A stretch of DNA of 64,000 nucleotides from Bacteroidales bacterium. GTDB lineage: Bacteria; Bacteroidota; Bacteroidia; Bacteroidales; WCHB1-69. This document shows, piece after piece, positions 54,194 through 64,000 of this stretch. Position numbers and translations under genes: made by a program. Numbering within the stretch: position 1 is the first letter of the stretch; each line of letters opens with the position of its first letter. The DNA is taken from assembly GCA_017395245.1 (NCBI GenBank), contig JAFPVR010000091.1, forward strand, positions 17,072 to 81,071. The letters run 5' to 3'. Under the pieces are notes generated by a model. It was not told where the DNA came from. It saw only the letters and a list, made by a program, of their open reading frames with translations, and did no database searches.

Positions 54194-54250
54194 TGTTAAA
54201 GCAATCGTGTTTAGTGACAGTTCACTGTTCACAGATCACAGATCACATCT

Positions 54251-55906
54251 CTACTTATACAAGAACCTCCGTATCGACCGTTTCGGAGTCTTCGCGAACT
54301 CCTGTTCCACGGTCTCGATGGCGGAGACATGCTCGTATTTGGCCACCATCGTGTTGAGGATCTCTAAGTTCTGTTTCATCTGCTCCTCAACGGTGATCTT
54401 GGACCAGTCGAAGGCGGGATCGGGATAGACGAGCGCGACGAGCTTGCCTTTGCGGCCAACCACCACGGTCTCCCCTACCCCTGGCAGCGTGCTGAGCTTC
54501 GATTCCAGCTCCTCGGGGTAGATGTTCTGTCCACCGGAGGTGAGAATCATCGCCTTGCTGCGCCCTTTGATGTAGAGGTTGCCCTGCTTGTCCATGAGGC
54601 CGAGGTCGCCGGTGTGCAGCCAGCCCTCGTTGTCAATGGCGGCCTGCGTGGCCTCCTCGTTCTTGTAGTAACCTTTCATCACGTGCTCGCCACGGAAGAG
54701 AATTTCGCCGACCTCGCGACGCGGGTTGGGCGAGTTGACAATCACCTCGTTGCGCGTCACCACCTTGCCGCAAGAGCCGATGGGCTGCTTGTACCAATGC
54801 TCGTAGCTCACCAACGGGCCGGCCTCAGTCATGCCATAACCCACCACCAACGGGAACTTGATGCGTCGCAGCACCTTCTCCACGCTGGTGTTCAGCGCGG
54901 CGCCGCCCGTAATCAGCCATATCAGGTTGCCGCCGAAAGCGTTCATCAGTTGCTTGTAAATCTTCCGCTCCACAATCTTGCAGAGAATCGGCGTATTCCA
55001 GAGTGCCTTTACTTTCGGGTCCCGAAGTGCCGGGAATATCTTCGAATGGAAGATTTTCTCAATCACCAACGGCACGGTAAGAATCATGTAGGGTTTTGTC
55101 TCTGCGTAGCACTTCAGCAGCGTGGCCGGCGAGGGCGTCTTGCCGAGGAAATAGACATGGCAGCCGCCCGCCACCTGATACAGGAACTCGATGGTCATGC
55201 CGAACATGTGGGCTAACGGCAGCATGCAGACCTCCGTCCAACCGGCATGGTTGGGGATTTCCTCCTGGCTATACTGCACGTTGGCGGAGATGTTGCGGTA
55301 GGTCAGCATTGCCCCGCGCGGCGCGCCCGTGGTGCCGGAGGTGTAGTTGATGATCATCAGATCGTCGAGGTTGTCGGTCGGCAGGTTGATGTCCTCGCGC
55401 TGCAGCCCCCGGGGGTAACGCTCGCGGTAGAGGTCGCCGAATTCGCGGTAGGCCTTCTCCTGCTGGTCCGAGCGGGCGTACAGCAGCTGGAAGTTATCCG
55501 TGTCAAGAACCAAGTTGACATTCTCAAGATGCTGGACATCAAGGTTTTTCCAAACGTTCTGACTTACGAACATCGCCTTTGCATCCGAATGGTTGGTAAG
55601 GTTCTCGATGTCGGCGGGCGCGAAGGCGTCCATAACAGACACGATGACCCCCCTGTTGGCGGCAATGCTCAGCAGCGAAACGGCCCAGTTGGCGCAGTTG
55701 CGGCTGCAAATCACCACCTTGTCGCCACGCCCGAGACCGGCCTTTTCCAGCAGTATCTGCAGTTTGAACATCTGGGCGGCCATCTCGCCGTAGGTGTAGC
55801 TTGTGGTGCCGTTATAGTCTGTCAGAGCCGGCGCGTTCCAGTTCTCGGGAATCGTCCGGTTATAATAGGTGAAGAAGTGTTGTGTGGGTTTTCCTTCTCG
55901 TTTCAT
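54251..55906 (-). CDS. Long-chain fatty-acid--CoA ligase (AMP-binding family)
   Basis: YTSGTTGAPRGAMLTY, GYGMTEAG, TGDLGLMDKQGNLYIKGRSK. Confidence 0.85.
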   Translation of the reverse strand: MKREGKPTQHFFTYYNRTIPENWNAPALTDYNGTTSYTYGEMAAQMFKLQILLEKAGLGRGDKVVICSRNCANWAVSLLSIAANRGVIVSVMDAFAPADIENLTNHSDAKAMFVSQNVWKNLDVQHLENVNLVLDTDNFQLLYARSDQQEKAYREFGDLYRERYPRGLQREDINLPTDNLDDLMIINYTSGTTGAPRGAMLTYRNISANVQYSQEEIPNHAGWTEVCMLPLAHMFGMTIEFLYQVAGGCHVYFLGKTPSPATLLKCYAETKPYMILTVPLVIEKIFHSKIFPALRDPKVKALWNTPILCKIVERKIYKQLMNAFGGNLIWLITGGAALNTSVEKVLRRIKFPLVVGYGMTEAGPLVSYEHWYKQPIGSCGKVVTRNEVIVNSPNPRREVGEILFRGEHVMKGYYKNEEATQAAIDNEGWLHTGDLGLMDKQGNLYIKGRSKAMILTSGGQNIYPEELESKLSTLPGVGETVVVGRKGKLVALVYPDPAFDWSKITVEEQMKQNLEILNTMVAKYEHVSAIETVEQEFAKTPKRSIRRFLYK

Positions 55907-55999
55907 ACCGTGAATTTTGATGTTTTTTTAGGGCGGCAAATGTACGAAATTTTCAGGTATGCAGGACGGCACAGAAGGAGGCAACGACACCCACACGAT

Positions 56000-56027
56000 G
56001 TAGAGACGCAAAATTTTGCGTCTCCAC
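56000..56027. repeat. REP-like palindrome copy 6
   Basis: GTAGAGACGCAAAATTTTGCGTCTCCAC. Confidence 0.9.
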
Positions 56028-56175
56028 AACAGGGGCGCAGCCGTTGTGGCCGTCCCCTCAATGTAAATGTTGACTTCTATATAACTACTGTTATTTGAAC
56101 GTTTGTAGTAGGAGTGTCGCCATTCCTGGCGACCTTTGTGCGGCAGAAATGCCGCACCTCCTATGACGCTGCAAA

Positions 56176-57732
56176 CTATATTACCGACTCAAAGATTCGT
56201 TTCCCGTTCCATTCGATCCATTCCGGTTCCCTATCCTCCTTGTTTTTAGAGAAGTCGAAAGTAACGAGATAGCCTTCGTCCATGCCACGGGTGGCCAGGT
56301 ACTCCGACAGTTGGTCACGGCCCTTCTGCTCGTACTTGTCGCCGCGCCAGATCTTCAGCTCCACCACGAACTCCTCCTGACCGTAGGTCACGATGAGGTC
56401 CATCCGGCGGTTGTCGCGGGTCTGCGGCTCCACATAGTAGAAGCCCGTGCCGTTGATGATGGGCTTCAGGAATGTCAGGAACAGCAGTCGTCCCTCCTTC
56501 TCCACAAAGGCCTGTGTGCTGTCGCGGTACTCCTCATGCAGCAGGTCTCTGAAACGGGTGAGCACATGTTCCATATTGAGCCGCCCATTTTGCACATAAT
56601 TCGGCACGTACGGGGAAATTCTCTCCCCGAGTTCGCGCATGGTTTTGTTGCCAAAATAGACAAACAGCACCTCCTCGAATATCAAATTGTGAATCATAGC
56701 CTTGCCGCGCTGATTCTCTTTGATATAGGAAAACATATTCGCCAACCTCACCATCGGATCCACCATGGAATAGGAATACTCCTGACCGTTCACCACAATG
56801 GAAAAGAGAAAATCACGCAGTTCGGCATTGTTCTCGATGTTTTTCGAGAGATCATCAATTAACGTGACATTTTCTCCCTTGGCAATGATTTTCACCGCTT
56901 GTTGCACATTGTCCAAATTCCAATCGGCTTCCAACCGTTCGTCGATAATCTTGCAGATGGCGCTGACAAGATAGGGATAACCGGAGGTGTATTTGTAAAT
57001 CTCCTCGCTTATCGCCTTGATGTCCATGCCCGTATGCCTGTCGTTTTCGTAATCGCCGAGCATCTGGGCAATCTCCTCGGGATGGAAGGTCATGTCCACA
57101 TTGAAATCGGTGGCGATGTTCCACGGGGAGTTGTACTTTTTCTCCGCGTCGGGACGGAGCTTCAGCTTGAGGTTCTTGACATCGTACACACCCGCGAGAA
57201 TCACGCTATGGAATGTGGAGTTCAATCCCTCTACACTACGTTGCAGGTACTTGTTGCGAAGCATACCCAAGAAATTGAGGAACAACTGGTTGTCGCTGCT
57301 CTTATCCACCTCATCAATGGTCAGCACCACCGGCTTCGGGCTCATTTTGGTAAAGCGGGTGATCGTTTCCGACAACTCGTCCAAGTCTTTGGCCGTACAA
57401 TCTTGCCAAATATTTACCAGTCCCTCTTCAATACATCTCGGTTCCAAACGGTTAGCCATTTGTCTTGCGAACATCTTGGCAAAGGCGGTATGAGAGGAGA
57501 AAGCGTTATCATCCACGCCTTCAAAACTACAGTCGATAATCAAATACCTGTCCGACAGCCTACGCCATATCATTTGCAGCATCGTGGTCTTCCCGTACTG
57601 CCGCGCCCTGTTGATGGTGAAATACTCGCCCATATCAATCAGATCCTCCACAGCTTTGAATCGTTTGGCGTTGTCCACCATATAGTGCCATTCAGGATTA
57701 CAGCTACCCGTTACGTTGAATCTTTTTCGCAT
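56176..57732 (-). CDS. AAA-ATPase-like protein with a C-terminal PD-(D/E)XK nuclease-like domain (Bacteroidales 'predicted AAA-ATPase' family)
   Basis: FTINRARQYGKTT (P-loop) and C-terminal RRMDLIVTYGQEEFVVELKIWRG. Confidence 0.7.
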   Translation of the reverse strand: MRKRFNVTGSCNPEWHYMVDNAKRFKAVEDLIDMGEYFTINRARQYGKTTMLQMIWRRLSDRYLIIDCSFEGVDDNAFSSHTAFAKMFARQMANRLEPRCIEEGLVNIWQDCTAKDLDELSETITRFTKMSPKPVVLTIDEVDKSSDNQLFLNFLGMLRNKYLQRSVEGLNSTFHSVILAGVYDVKNLKLKLRPDAEKKYNSPWNIATDFNVDMTFHPEEIAQMLGDYENDRHTGMDIKAISEEIYKYTSGYPYLVSAICKIIDERLEADWNLDNVQQAVKIIAKGENVTLIDDLSKNIENNAELRDFLFSIVVNGQEYSYSMVDPMVRLANMFSYIKENQRGKAMIHNLIFEEVLFVYFGNKTMRELGERISPYVPNYVQNGRLNMEHVLTRFRDLLHEEYRDSTQAFVEKEGRLLFLTFLKPIINGTGFYYVEPQTRDNRRMDLIVTYGQEEFVVELKIWRGDKYEQKGRDQLSEYLATRGMDEGYLVTFDFSKNKEDREPEWIEWNGKRIFESVI

Positions 57733-57884
57733 ATTAAGTCTTGTTATAACAACCTGCAAAAATACATTTTTTTAGGCATTCGGCCAACTGCCATGAAAAA
57801 GGGCGCGACCGTTGCGGCCACGCCCGTTGTTAATGTAGGGATTGTCGTTTAATTCTTTCCTTTTGATCTTGTCGGTCGCTTATG

Positions 57885-59932
57885 AACGGATTTGCTCCGT
57901 TTTTTCGGAACAGCATTGTTCATAACTGTCCGTTTTTTGTTGATAACTGTCTGATTCCTGCGTTTTTACACATAGTTAATCTGAAGTTCTCGAATGAGGA
58001 CTCCGTCTTGGAACTCTTCGTGGCACTTGGCTACGCCGCCTTTGCCCGTTGCTGCTCCAGCAGCCTCTCCGCCAGTCGCACCGCGTTGGCAGTGTGGATT
58101 CCGAAGAAGATGTACAGGATCTCCGTCTCCTTCTTCCTCGCCTTGATCCTCCGCATTGAGTAATGCTCCTTCTGCGTCCCGAACGACCCTTCCATTGTTG
58201 TGGCTCTCACCCTCGCAAGTTCCTGTCTCACAAAGTCTTTCTCTTTGTCGGTCTGCGATGGGCGGCCGCGTTTGACAAAGGAGGTCTGGATGCCGTTCTC
58301 CTTGCAGAAGTCCCGGTTGGCCGTCCCCGCGTAGCCTGTGTCGCCGTCTATCTTTTTCACATCCACCCCGAACAGGCGCTTGTGCATCTTGACGCAGTGC
58401 TGCAGGCGTGTTCCCTCGTTGAAGGCGTTGAACGACAGTTTCTCGATAAACGATATCCCGTCCACCAAGATGTTGTTGCACTTCGCGCCGAACTCCACTT
58501 TCTTCACCTCCTTGCCCCTGACGATGGGCCTCACGTAGGGCTTGGACACGCTCACTATCCTGTCGGGGATGCTCTCCCTCGGGTTGCCGCTCTCGAAGTG
58601 GTTGCTCTGCTGGCGGTACACCTTCGTGACGATGTCAATGGTCTTCCTCTCCTTGTCGGTCAACACTTTCGCCTCCGCATGCTCGCGCTCCATCTTGCGG
58701 ATCTCCTTCAGCATCTTCCCCAGCAGATGGAGCAGCCGGCGGGTCAGTCTCCGCGTCTGCGACCCGCTGTGCTTGCGCTGCTTCGCGTACCCCAGGTTCG
58801 CCTTCTCCACGTCCAGGTATTTGGTCCGGGGACGGCGGATGCCCAGACGGCCGCTTGCCTCGCACATGGCCTTGTACGCCCTCTCGCAGCACTCCCATAG
58901 GAGCTTCTGGTCCGTCGGGTAGCGCATCTCGCTCTCGTAGCATGTCGCGTCCGTGTACATCGTGTCCAGATCCTTCATGTACGGCTTCCAAGCCTCGGCC
59001 AGCAGGTTCTGCAGCTGCTGTATCTTCATCTTGCCGGCCAGCTCGCAGGCGATGTCGTCTATCAGCTTGTAGTTCGTCAGCGGATTTTCGGGGTTGATGC
59101 GGATGCCGCAGAATATCCGGTAGTGGACATTCCCGTTCAGCTGCTCCATGAGCTTCGGGGAGCTCGTCTGCGTGTACATCTTCAGGAACATCAGCGCCAC
59201 CTTCCCTTCCGGGGTGAAGTACGGTTTCCGCCCTCTTTTGGGGGCTCTTCTCCCGCTTACCAGACCGAAGTCCTCCGCCATCTCGTGCAGCGGGAGGAGC
59301 TTCTTTATCCGTCCCAGTTCCGAACGCTCAAATGCCCGGCGGTAGAAATCAAAAAAATCGTATTCCGTGAATGAAAAACTTTGACTCAGTTCCGAAAGAT
59401 TTTGTATTTTTGCCATCATTTTGTATTTTTGATTCCCCCGGTTTTTGCTTTCTCAGGGCAATTGAGGGAATTTCTTTTACGACGCAAAGCTACAAAAAAT
59501 TATAACACACTGGGTGTCAATTTACTATACTTGTCTTGGTGATTTACGACAGTCCCTATTATAAACCGTCTTCGCCTTTCATCACAAACATAAAAAAAAT
59601 CGTGAACTTCATTTATTCGTACCAGAGGTTCTGCAATACCTGTATCACAAATAAGAAAGCCCACGATTACTCGCGAGCATTCTCGTTTTCTTTTTTTGTG
59701 ATACAATAGAAATTTTGCAGATTTCTGGTACGCAAAAGAAAAGCGAAAACGCTTTATATCAATATGTTAAAATGTATATTCTCTACCTTGTAAGCAACTG
59801 TTTTACTAAAACCTTGAAATATCGCTGCAAAAACAACAAATATAACCACGGTCGCCGCAGACGAATTATCCACAACGACAGGAAGTTATCAACAAATTAT
59901 CAACAGAAAAACGGAGAAAACGCAAAATCCCA
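57885..59932 (-). mobile_element. IS5/IS1182-like insertion sequence (~2.05 kb) with imperfect terminal inverted repeats
   Basis: Ends share GGATTT(T)GC..TCCGTTTTT..TTGATAAC motifs in inverted orientation (57886-57950 against 59880-59932). Boundaries are approximate. Confidence 0.55.
58031..59419 (-). CDS. DDE transposase (DUF772 N-terminal domain + IS4/IS5-type DDE domain)
   Basis: YTDATCYESEMRYPTD, IDGDTGYAG, MEGSFGTQKEHY. Confidence 0.8.
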   Translation of the reverse strand: MMAKIQNLSELSQSFSFTEYDFFDFYRRAFERSELGRIKKLLPLHEMAEDFGLVSGRRAPKRGRKPYFTPEGKVALMFLKMYTQTSSPKLMEQLNGNVHYRIFCGIRINPENPLTNYKLIDDIACELAGKMKIQQLQNLLAEAWKPYMKDLDTMYTDATCYESEMRYPTDQKLLWECCERAYKAMCEASGRLGIRRPRTKYLDVEKANLGYAKQRKHSGSQTRRLTRRLLHLLGKMLKEIRKMEREHAEAKVLTDKERKTIDIVTKVYRQQSNHFESGNPRESIPDRIVSVSKPYVRPIVRGKEVKKVEFGAKCNNILVDGISFIEKLSFNAFNEGTRLQHCVKMHKRLFGVDVKKIDGDTGYAGTANRDFCKENGIQTSFVKRGRPSQTDKEKDFVRQELARVRATTMEGSFGTQKEHYSMRRIKARKKETEILYIFFGIHTANAVRLAERLLEQQRAKAA

Positions 59933-60073
59933 TACCTCCACCCAAACAAAATCTAAGCCACGCTTCGCCTCGGAGAGGCGACACGCACGCAGTGCAATTA
60001 ACACCATACAAGCGAAGCGCAGTGTGGTGAAAGAAAGATGCAGTATGCCCTCGCGGCAAGAATGCCGCGGCTC

Positions 60074-60931
60074 CTACACCATCAAACAGTAAAGCCACAC
60101 CGGCACCGCCGCAAACAGGATGGAATCCACCCTGTCGAGGACGCCTCCATGACCGGGGATGATCTTGCCACTGTCCTTCACGCCGGCCTTGCGCTTGAAC
60201 AACGACTCAATGAGGTCGCCCATCAAGCCGAAGACCTCGACCAGCAAGGCCATCACAACCCAATGCCAGACAGTGAAAGTAAATTCCATGGCTTTGAAGT
60301 ATGGGATGTAGGAAATCCCGACGGCGAGCGCGGCCGTCAACACGCAGCTGATGAGGAAGCCCTCCCAGGTCTTGCCGGGGGAGATGTTCGGGGCCAACTT
60401 GTGCTTGCCGAACAGCGATCCGCCAAGGTAGGCGAACGTGTCGGAAGCCCATATCAAGATGAGGAAGGCCAACACCTGCGCGGGGCTTTGCACACTCCAC
60501 ACAAAAAAGAGCACGCACAACGGCAACGCAATCCAAACCAGGGATAACAGTCCCATGCCGATGTTCCGGACAGGATCCTCGTGGTGACCAATCAGTTCCG
60601 GAAGGAAGACGGCCACGACAGAGAGCAAGAGCATAACCCCTTCGAAAGGCAATATCATAACATGAATGCCGGGTTCGTGCGGAAGTCCCCGCACAAAAAG
60701 ATAGAGCTGCGAGGCAAAAAGGAAGGCCAGCGCCATGGTAATGCCGGCTATATTTGCGAAAGGCCAACTCCTTTTGAGTTCCGGCGTCTCGTACATCTTG
60801 TATAATTCCCGTATTCCGACAATAATGAGGAAAAAGGCCAGCGGCACCGCCACCCAAGGGGTGAATACCGCCGCCACCATCAGGGCGACATAGACCGTGC
60901 CTGAAACAGTTCTAATCAGCAGGTTGTGCAT
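60074..60931 (-). CDS. cdsA: Phosphatidate cytidylyltransferase
   Basis: SPGKTWEGF...FKRKAGVKDSGKIIPGHGGVLDRVDS. Confidence 0.9.
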   Translation of the reverse strand: MHNLLIRTVSGTVYVALMVAAVFTPWVAVPLAFFLIIVGIRELYKMYETPELKRSWPFANIAGITMALAFLFASQLYLFVRGLPHEPGIHVMILPFEGVMLLLSVVAVFLPELIGHHEDPVRNIGMGLLSLVWIALPLCVLFFVWSVQSPAQVLAFLILIWASDTFAYLGGSLFGKHKLAPNISPGKTWEGFLISCVLTAALAVGISYIPYFKAMEFTFTVWHWVVMALLVEVFGLMGDLIESLFKRKAGVKDSGKIIPGHGGVLDRVDSILFAAVPVWLYCLMV

Positions 60932-61571
60932 TTTGTGGGCGGTTTTCGTCTAACAAAAGGAGAATATAGCGCGGGTGCTGAGGGGTGCGCACCTCCTTGC
61001 CGTCAGCCTTGGGCAGCACAGTCGGGGTGACGAACTCCATGCCGGCTTCCTTGCCGAATTTCTTGTTCCGCTCAAGGGCGTGCTCCAGGTCGGGCACGAT
61101 GTCGCTCATACGCGAAATCACAATCACGTCTTTGGCGATGTTGCGCAGGGAGACGAAACGCGCCACCGGCTGAGTGAAGCCGATGCTGCCAGTGCGCGCC
61201 ACCAAACAGGTGGAAAGCGCAACCACCGCATCAACAGGCATGTGCACGGAAATGGCGTTGACGTAGTTCATCTGCGCCTGCTCCAAGTCCGGACAGAGGT
61301 TGTTGTGGGTGCTTAACACCGCATTGTACTGCTGATCCTCAGCCAGCATCTTCAGGAATTTGAGGCGGTCCTGGCGCGTGTGGCAGCGCAGGATTTTCCC
61401 GCCGTTGGCCTGGAAGTTCTGCCAGAACTCCACCTGGTAGTTGTCCATGGGCACAAGATACTGTAATGAGGGCTGTCCCTCCTCCTTATGATCGTGCGAC
61501 AGCGTACTCTTGCGGATAACGCTGCGGATATACTCCTTGTCGGTGATAAAATTGGACTCGTTTTGGCTCAT
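60912..61571 (-). CDS. LUD-domain (YkgG/LutC-like) protein
   Basis: Pattern ...VALSTCLVARTGSI... and its conserved position between ftsH and cdsA. Confidence 0.55.
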   Translation of the reverse strand: MSQNESNFITDKEYIRSVIRKSTLSHDHKEEGQPSLQYLVPMDNYQVEFWQNFQANGGKILRCHTRQDRLKFLKMLAEDQQYNAVLSTHNNLCPDLEQAQMNYVNAISVHMPVDAVVALSTCLVARTGSIGFTQPVARFVSLRNIAKDVIVISRMSDIVPDLEHALERNKKFGKEAGMEFVTPTVLPKADGKEVRTPQHPRYILLLLDENRPQNAQPAD

Positions 61572-63706
61572 TATTCTTCGGGATTCGTGGAAACAGTGGC
61601 TTCATCATCCGACTTGGCATCAGGCTCGGAAACGGTTTCAGAAGCGTTTTCGGATGTATTCACGGCAGTTTCGCTCTCGGTCGGCTCGTCTTCCGTGGCA
61701 AACGGACGCGGTCCTAAGATGCGCTTCACATCCTCGGTGAAGATGACCTCGCGCTCCAAAAGCAGCTTCGCCAACGTTTCCACATTCTCGTAATTGTCGG
61801 TGAGAATCTGCTTGGCACAAGCGTAGGCTTTCTCTATAAGCACATGGATGCGCTCGTCAATCTCCTCGGCGGTCTTCTCGCTGTAAGGCTTGGTCATGCT
61901 GTACTCCTGCTGACCAGTGGAGTCATAGTAACTTATATTGCCGATTTTTTCATCCAAACCGTAATAGACGACCATGGCATAAGCCTGCTTGCTCACCCGT
62001 TCGAGGTCGTTGAGGGCGCCGGTGGAGAGCTTGCCGAAAAAGACCTCCTCGGCAGCACGACCACCTAACGTGGCGGCCATCTCGTCGAAGAGTTGCTCGT
62101 AGGTCGTGAGCTGCCGTTCCTCCGGCAGGTACCAGGCCGCGCCGAGGGCTTTGCCACGCGGCACAATGGTGACTTTCACCAACGGAGAGGCGTAACGCAG
62201 CATCCAGCTCACGCAGGCATGGCCCGATTCGTGATAGGCGATGGTCTTCTTCTCCTCGGGGGAAATCACGCTGCCCCTGCGCTCCAAACCGCCGACAATG
62301 CGGTCCACTGCGGCAAGAAAGTCAACCTTCTCAATCTGTTGCTTGCTCTGACGGGCGGCGATAAGGGCAGCCTCGTTACAGACGTTGGCAATATCGGCGC
62401 CGGAGAATCCGGGAGTCTGCTTCGCGAAAAAGTCGAGATCCACATCGGGACCGAGCTTGAGGTTGCGCACATGCACCCCGAAGATGCCTTTGCGCTCGTT
62501 GAGGTTTGGCAGCTCAACCTGAATCTGGCGGTCGAAGCGGCCGGCACGCAGCAGGGCACGGTCGAGGATGTCGGCACGGTTGGTGGCCGCCATAATGATG
62601 ACACCGGCGTTCGTTCCGAATCCGTCCATCTCCGTAAGCAGCTGATTCAATGTACTTTCGCGCTCATCGTTGGCATTCGAGAACGCTCCTTTGCCACGGG
62701 CGCGCCCGATGGCGTCAATCTCGTCGATGAAGATAATGCAGGGGGCCTTCTCCTTGGCGTTTCGGAAGAGGTCGCGCACACGCGAGGCACCCACACCCAC
62801 GAACATCTCCACGAAATCGGAACCCGACATCGAGAAGAACGGGACTTTCGCCTCTCCAGCCACGGCCTTGGCTAACAGGGTCTTACCGGTACCCGGAGGC
62901 CCGACTAACAGCACGCCCTTGGGAATCTTGCCGCCCAAAACTGTGTATTTCTGCGGATTCTTGAGGAAATCGACGACCTCCTCAATCTCGAACTTCGCGC
63001 CTTCCAAACCGGCCACGTCCTTAAAGGTAATCACCGTGTCGGTTTTCTCGTCGAACTCCTGCGCACGCGACTTTCCGATATTGAAGATGTTGCCGGCACC
63101 GCCAAAGGGACCACCGCCGCGCATCTGACGCATCGAGAAGAAGTAGAGCAGGAAAATCAGCAGCAGCGGGAAGGTCCAAAGCAGGATTTCAAAGCCCCAG
63201 TTCTGGGAATTGTCTTGCTTCATCGGGAAGTCGTACTCCTTGGCGACTTCGCTGGCCACCAGGGTGCTGTCATCCGCCAAACGCTCCGCCACATACTGGT
63301 TCTTGGCATCGCGCAAATTCTCGTTATAGACCTGCAAGTCCGTGACTACCAAGTAATATTGCGGACCGAGGGTATTCTCCCGCACTTCTTGATACACGGC
63401 TTTGTTCTCCAAGGCCTCCTTCTTCAAAAAGATATTGATGTGGGAGTTTTTCTTCACGAACTCCACATGCTCGATGTCGCGGCCTCTCACCATCTGATAG
63501 AACTCCATGTCGTTCACCTCCTTGACGGTGCCGTTGGAGGAGAAAAAATAGATGGCGATAAGTCCCAGCGTAATCGCAATGTACAGCATGGACCAGCTGA
63601 ACTTCTTTTTGTTCCCGTTGTTTTGCCCGTTCTGGCCATTTTTTCCACCGAGAAAATCCGGAACGTTCTTCCCTTTATTGTTATTTATGTTGCTATTGTT
63701 TGCCAT
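61571..63706 (-). CDS. ftsH: ATP-dependent zinc metalloprotease FtsH
   Basis: [18 protein letters not shown], the [12 protein letters not shown] region, and zinc motif HESGHA. Confidence 0.95.
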   Translation of the reverse strand: MANNSNINNNKGKNVPDFLGGKNGQNGQNNGNKKKFSWSMLYIAITLGLIAIYFFSSNGTVKEVNDMEFYQMVRGRDIEHVEFVKKNSHINIFLKKEALENKAVYQEVRENTLGPQYYLVVTDLQVYNENLRDAKNQYVAERLADDSTLVASEVAKEYDFPMKQDNSQNWGFEILLWTFPLLLIFLLYFFSMRQMRGGGPFGGAGNIFNIGKSRAQEFDEKTDTVITFKDVAGLEGAKFEIEEVVDFLKNPQKYTVLGGKIPKGVLLVGPPGTGKTLLAKAVAGEAKVPFFSMSGSDFVEMFVGVGASRVRDLFRNAKEKAPCIIFIDEIDAIGRARGKGAFSNANDERESTLNQLLTEMDGFGTNAGVIIMAATNRADILDRALLRAGRFDRQIQVELPNLNERKGIFGVHVRNLKLGPDVDLDFFAKQTPGFSGADIANVCNEAALIAARQSKQQIEKVDFLAAVDRIVGGLERRGSVISPEEKKTIAYHESGHACVSWMLRYASPLVKVTIVPRGKALGAAWYLPEERQLTTYEQLFDEMAATLGGRAAEEVFFGKLSTGALNDLERVSKQAYAMVVYYGLDEKIGNISYYDSTGQQEYSMTKPYSEKTAEEIDERIHVLIEKAYACAKQILTDNYENVETLAKLLLEREVIFTEDVKRILGPRPFATEDEPTESETAVNTSENASETVSEPDAKSDDEATVSTNPEE

Positions 63707-63781
63707 TTAATAATCTACTATTGCCTTGGTTATTGTGTCCCAGGGCTCACTTCGTTCACCCTGGGTTGACATTATGTTATC

Positions 63782-63809
63782 GCAGAGACGCAAAATTTTG
63801 CGTCTCTAC
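63782..63809. repeat. REP-like palindrome copy 7
   Basis: GCAGAGACGCAAAATTTTGCGTCTCTAC, between rsfS and ftsH. Confidence 0.9.
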
Positions 63810-63818
63810 CTTTTTTCA

Positions 63819-64000
63819 TCAAAACTTCTGGATTTCCGCGTCGCCCCAGAGGGATTCGAGCTGGTAGTGCTCGCGGGCTTCGGGCAGGAAAATGTGCACG
63901 AGGATGTTGAAATAGTCGAGCAGCACCCACTCCTTGTTTTCCAATCCCTCGACGTGCATCGGCTTCACGCCGGCCACACGCTGGGTCTGTTCCTGCACGA
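63819..64000 (-). CDS. rsfS: Ribosome silencing factor RsfS (5' end beyond the window)
   Basis: Manual translation of the minus strand ends ...MHVEGLENKEWVLLDYFNILVHIFLPEAREHYQLESLWGDAEIQKF*. Confidence 0.8.
   Translation of the reverse strand, partial: VQEQTQRVAGVKPMHVEGLENKEWVLLDYFNILVHIFLPEAREHYQLESLWGDAEIQKF

Noticed and set aside
59500-60092. ORFs 59500..59706 (-) and 59715..60092 (+)
   Set aside because: Both lie in the non-coding leader of the IS or in the cdsA terminator region. They have implausible composition, no start context and no motifs.

Overview
The window is Bacteroidales-type chromosome. This call rests on Bacteroidota TAnnTTTG -7 promoter boxes upstream of most operons and on the gene content (rpsA, pepD, cdsA, ftsH, rsfS, TonB-like). 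It carries a roughly 45 kb integrated siphovirus-like prophage at 5295-50276. The prophage sits in the 3' end of an initiator-type tRNA-Met(CAT) and is bounded by a 19-bp direct repeat. A tyrosine integrase lies at the tRNA-proximal end and an XRE/cI-like repressor at the distal end.

Left host flank: a partial SpoIIE/PP2C phosphatase, an amino-acid ABC transporter ATPase, a permease with an in-frame TGA, tRNA-Lys(CTT), a PduO-type adenosyltransferase, a DUF2795 protein, an outer-membrane beta-barrel protein and a TonB-C protein.

Right host flank: rpsA, pepD, an acyl-CoA synthetase, an AAA-ATPase/PD-(D/E)XK protein, a roughly 2 kb IS5/IS1182-like insertion sequence, cdsA, a LUD-domain protein, ftsH and partial rsfS.

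Prophage layout, left to right:
- immunity switch
- early genes, including a small protein with a QLSLF clamp-binding motif, an orphan methyltransferase, a DUF2829 (Tad2-like) protein and a DUF3127 protein
- a 1086-aa primase-helicase followed by an iteron-rich candidate origin
- ClpP-like prohead protease and capsid
- terminase
- a low-GC island (nuclease-like protein, HTH protein, serine recombinase)
- portal and head-completion genes, then lysis genes
- a self-contained toxin / HTH antitoxin / SecB-like chaperone moron
- tape measure, tail and tail-fibre genes, with a low-GC receptor-binding cassette array

Non-coding signals worth a second look:
- a host REP-like palindrome (GTAGAGACG..CGTCTCTAC) present 7 times, including in-frame inside phage genes
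- a phage-specific promoter architecture (TGTCCCAAC-N19-TAnnTTTGCCG) present 4 times
- G-free ATAACCN heptad arrays 6-9 nt upstream of four phage start codons
- a tRNA-like cloverleaf without a normal anticodon arm
- strong Shine-Dalgarno-like GGAGG sites at coupled phage genes

All functional calls come from reading motifs in the translated ORFs. No database search was possible.
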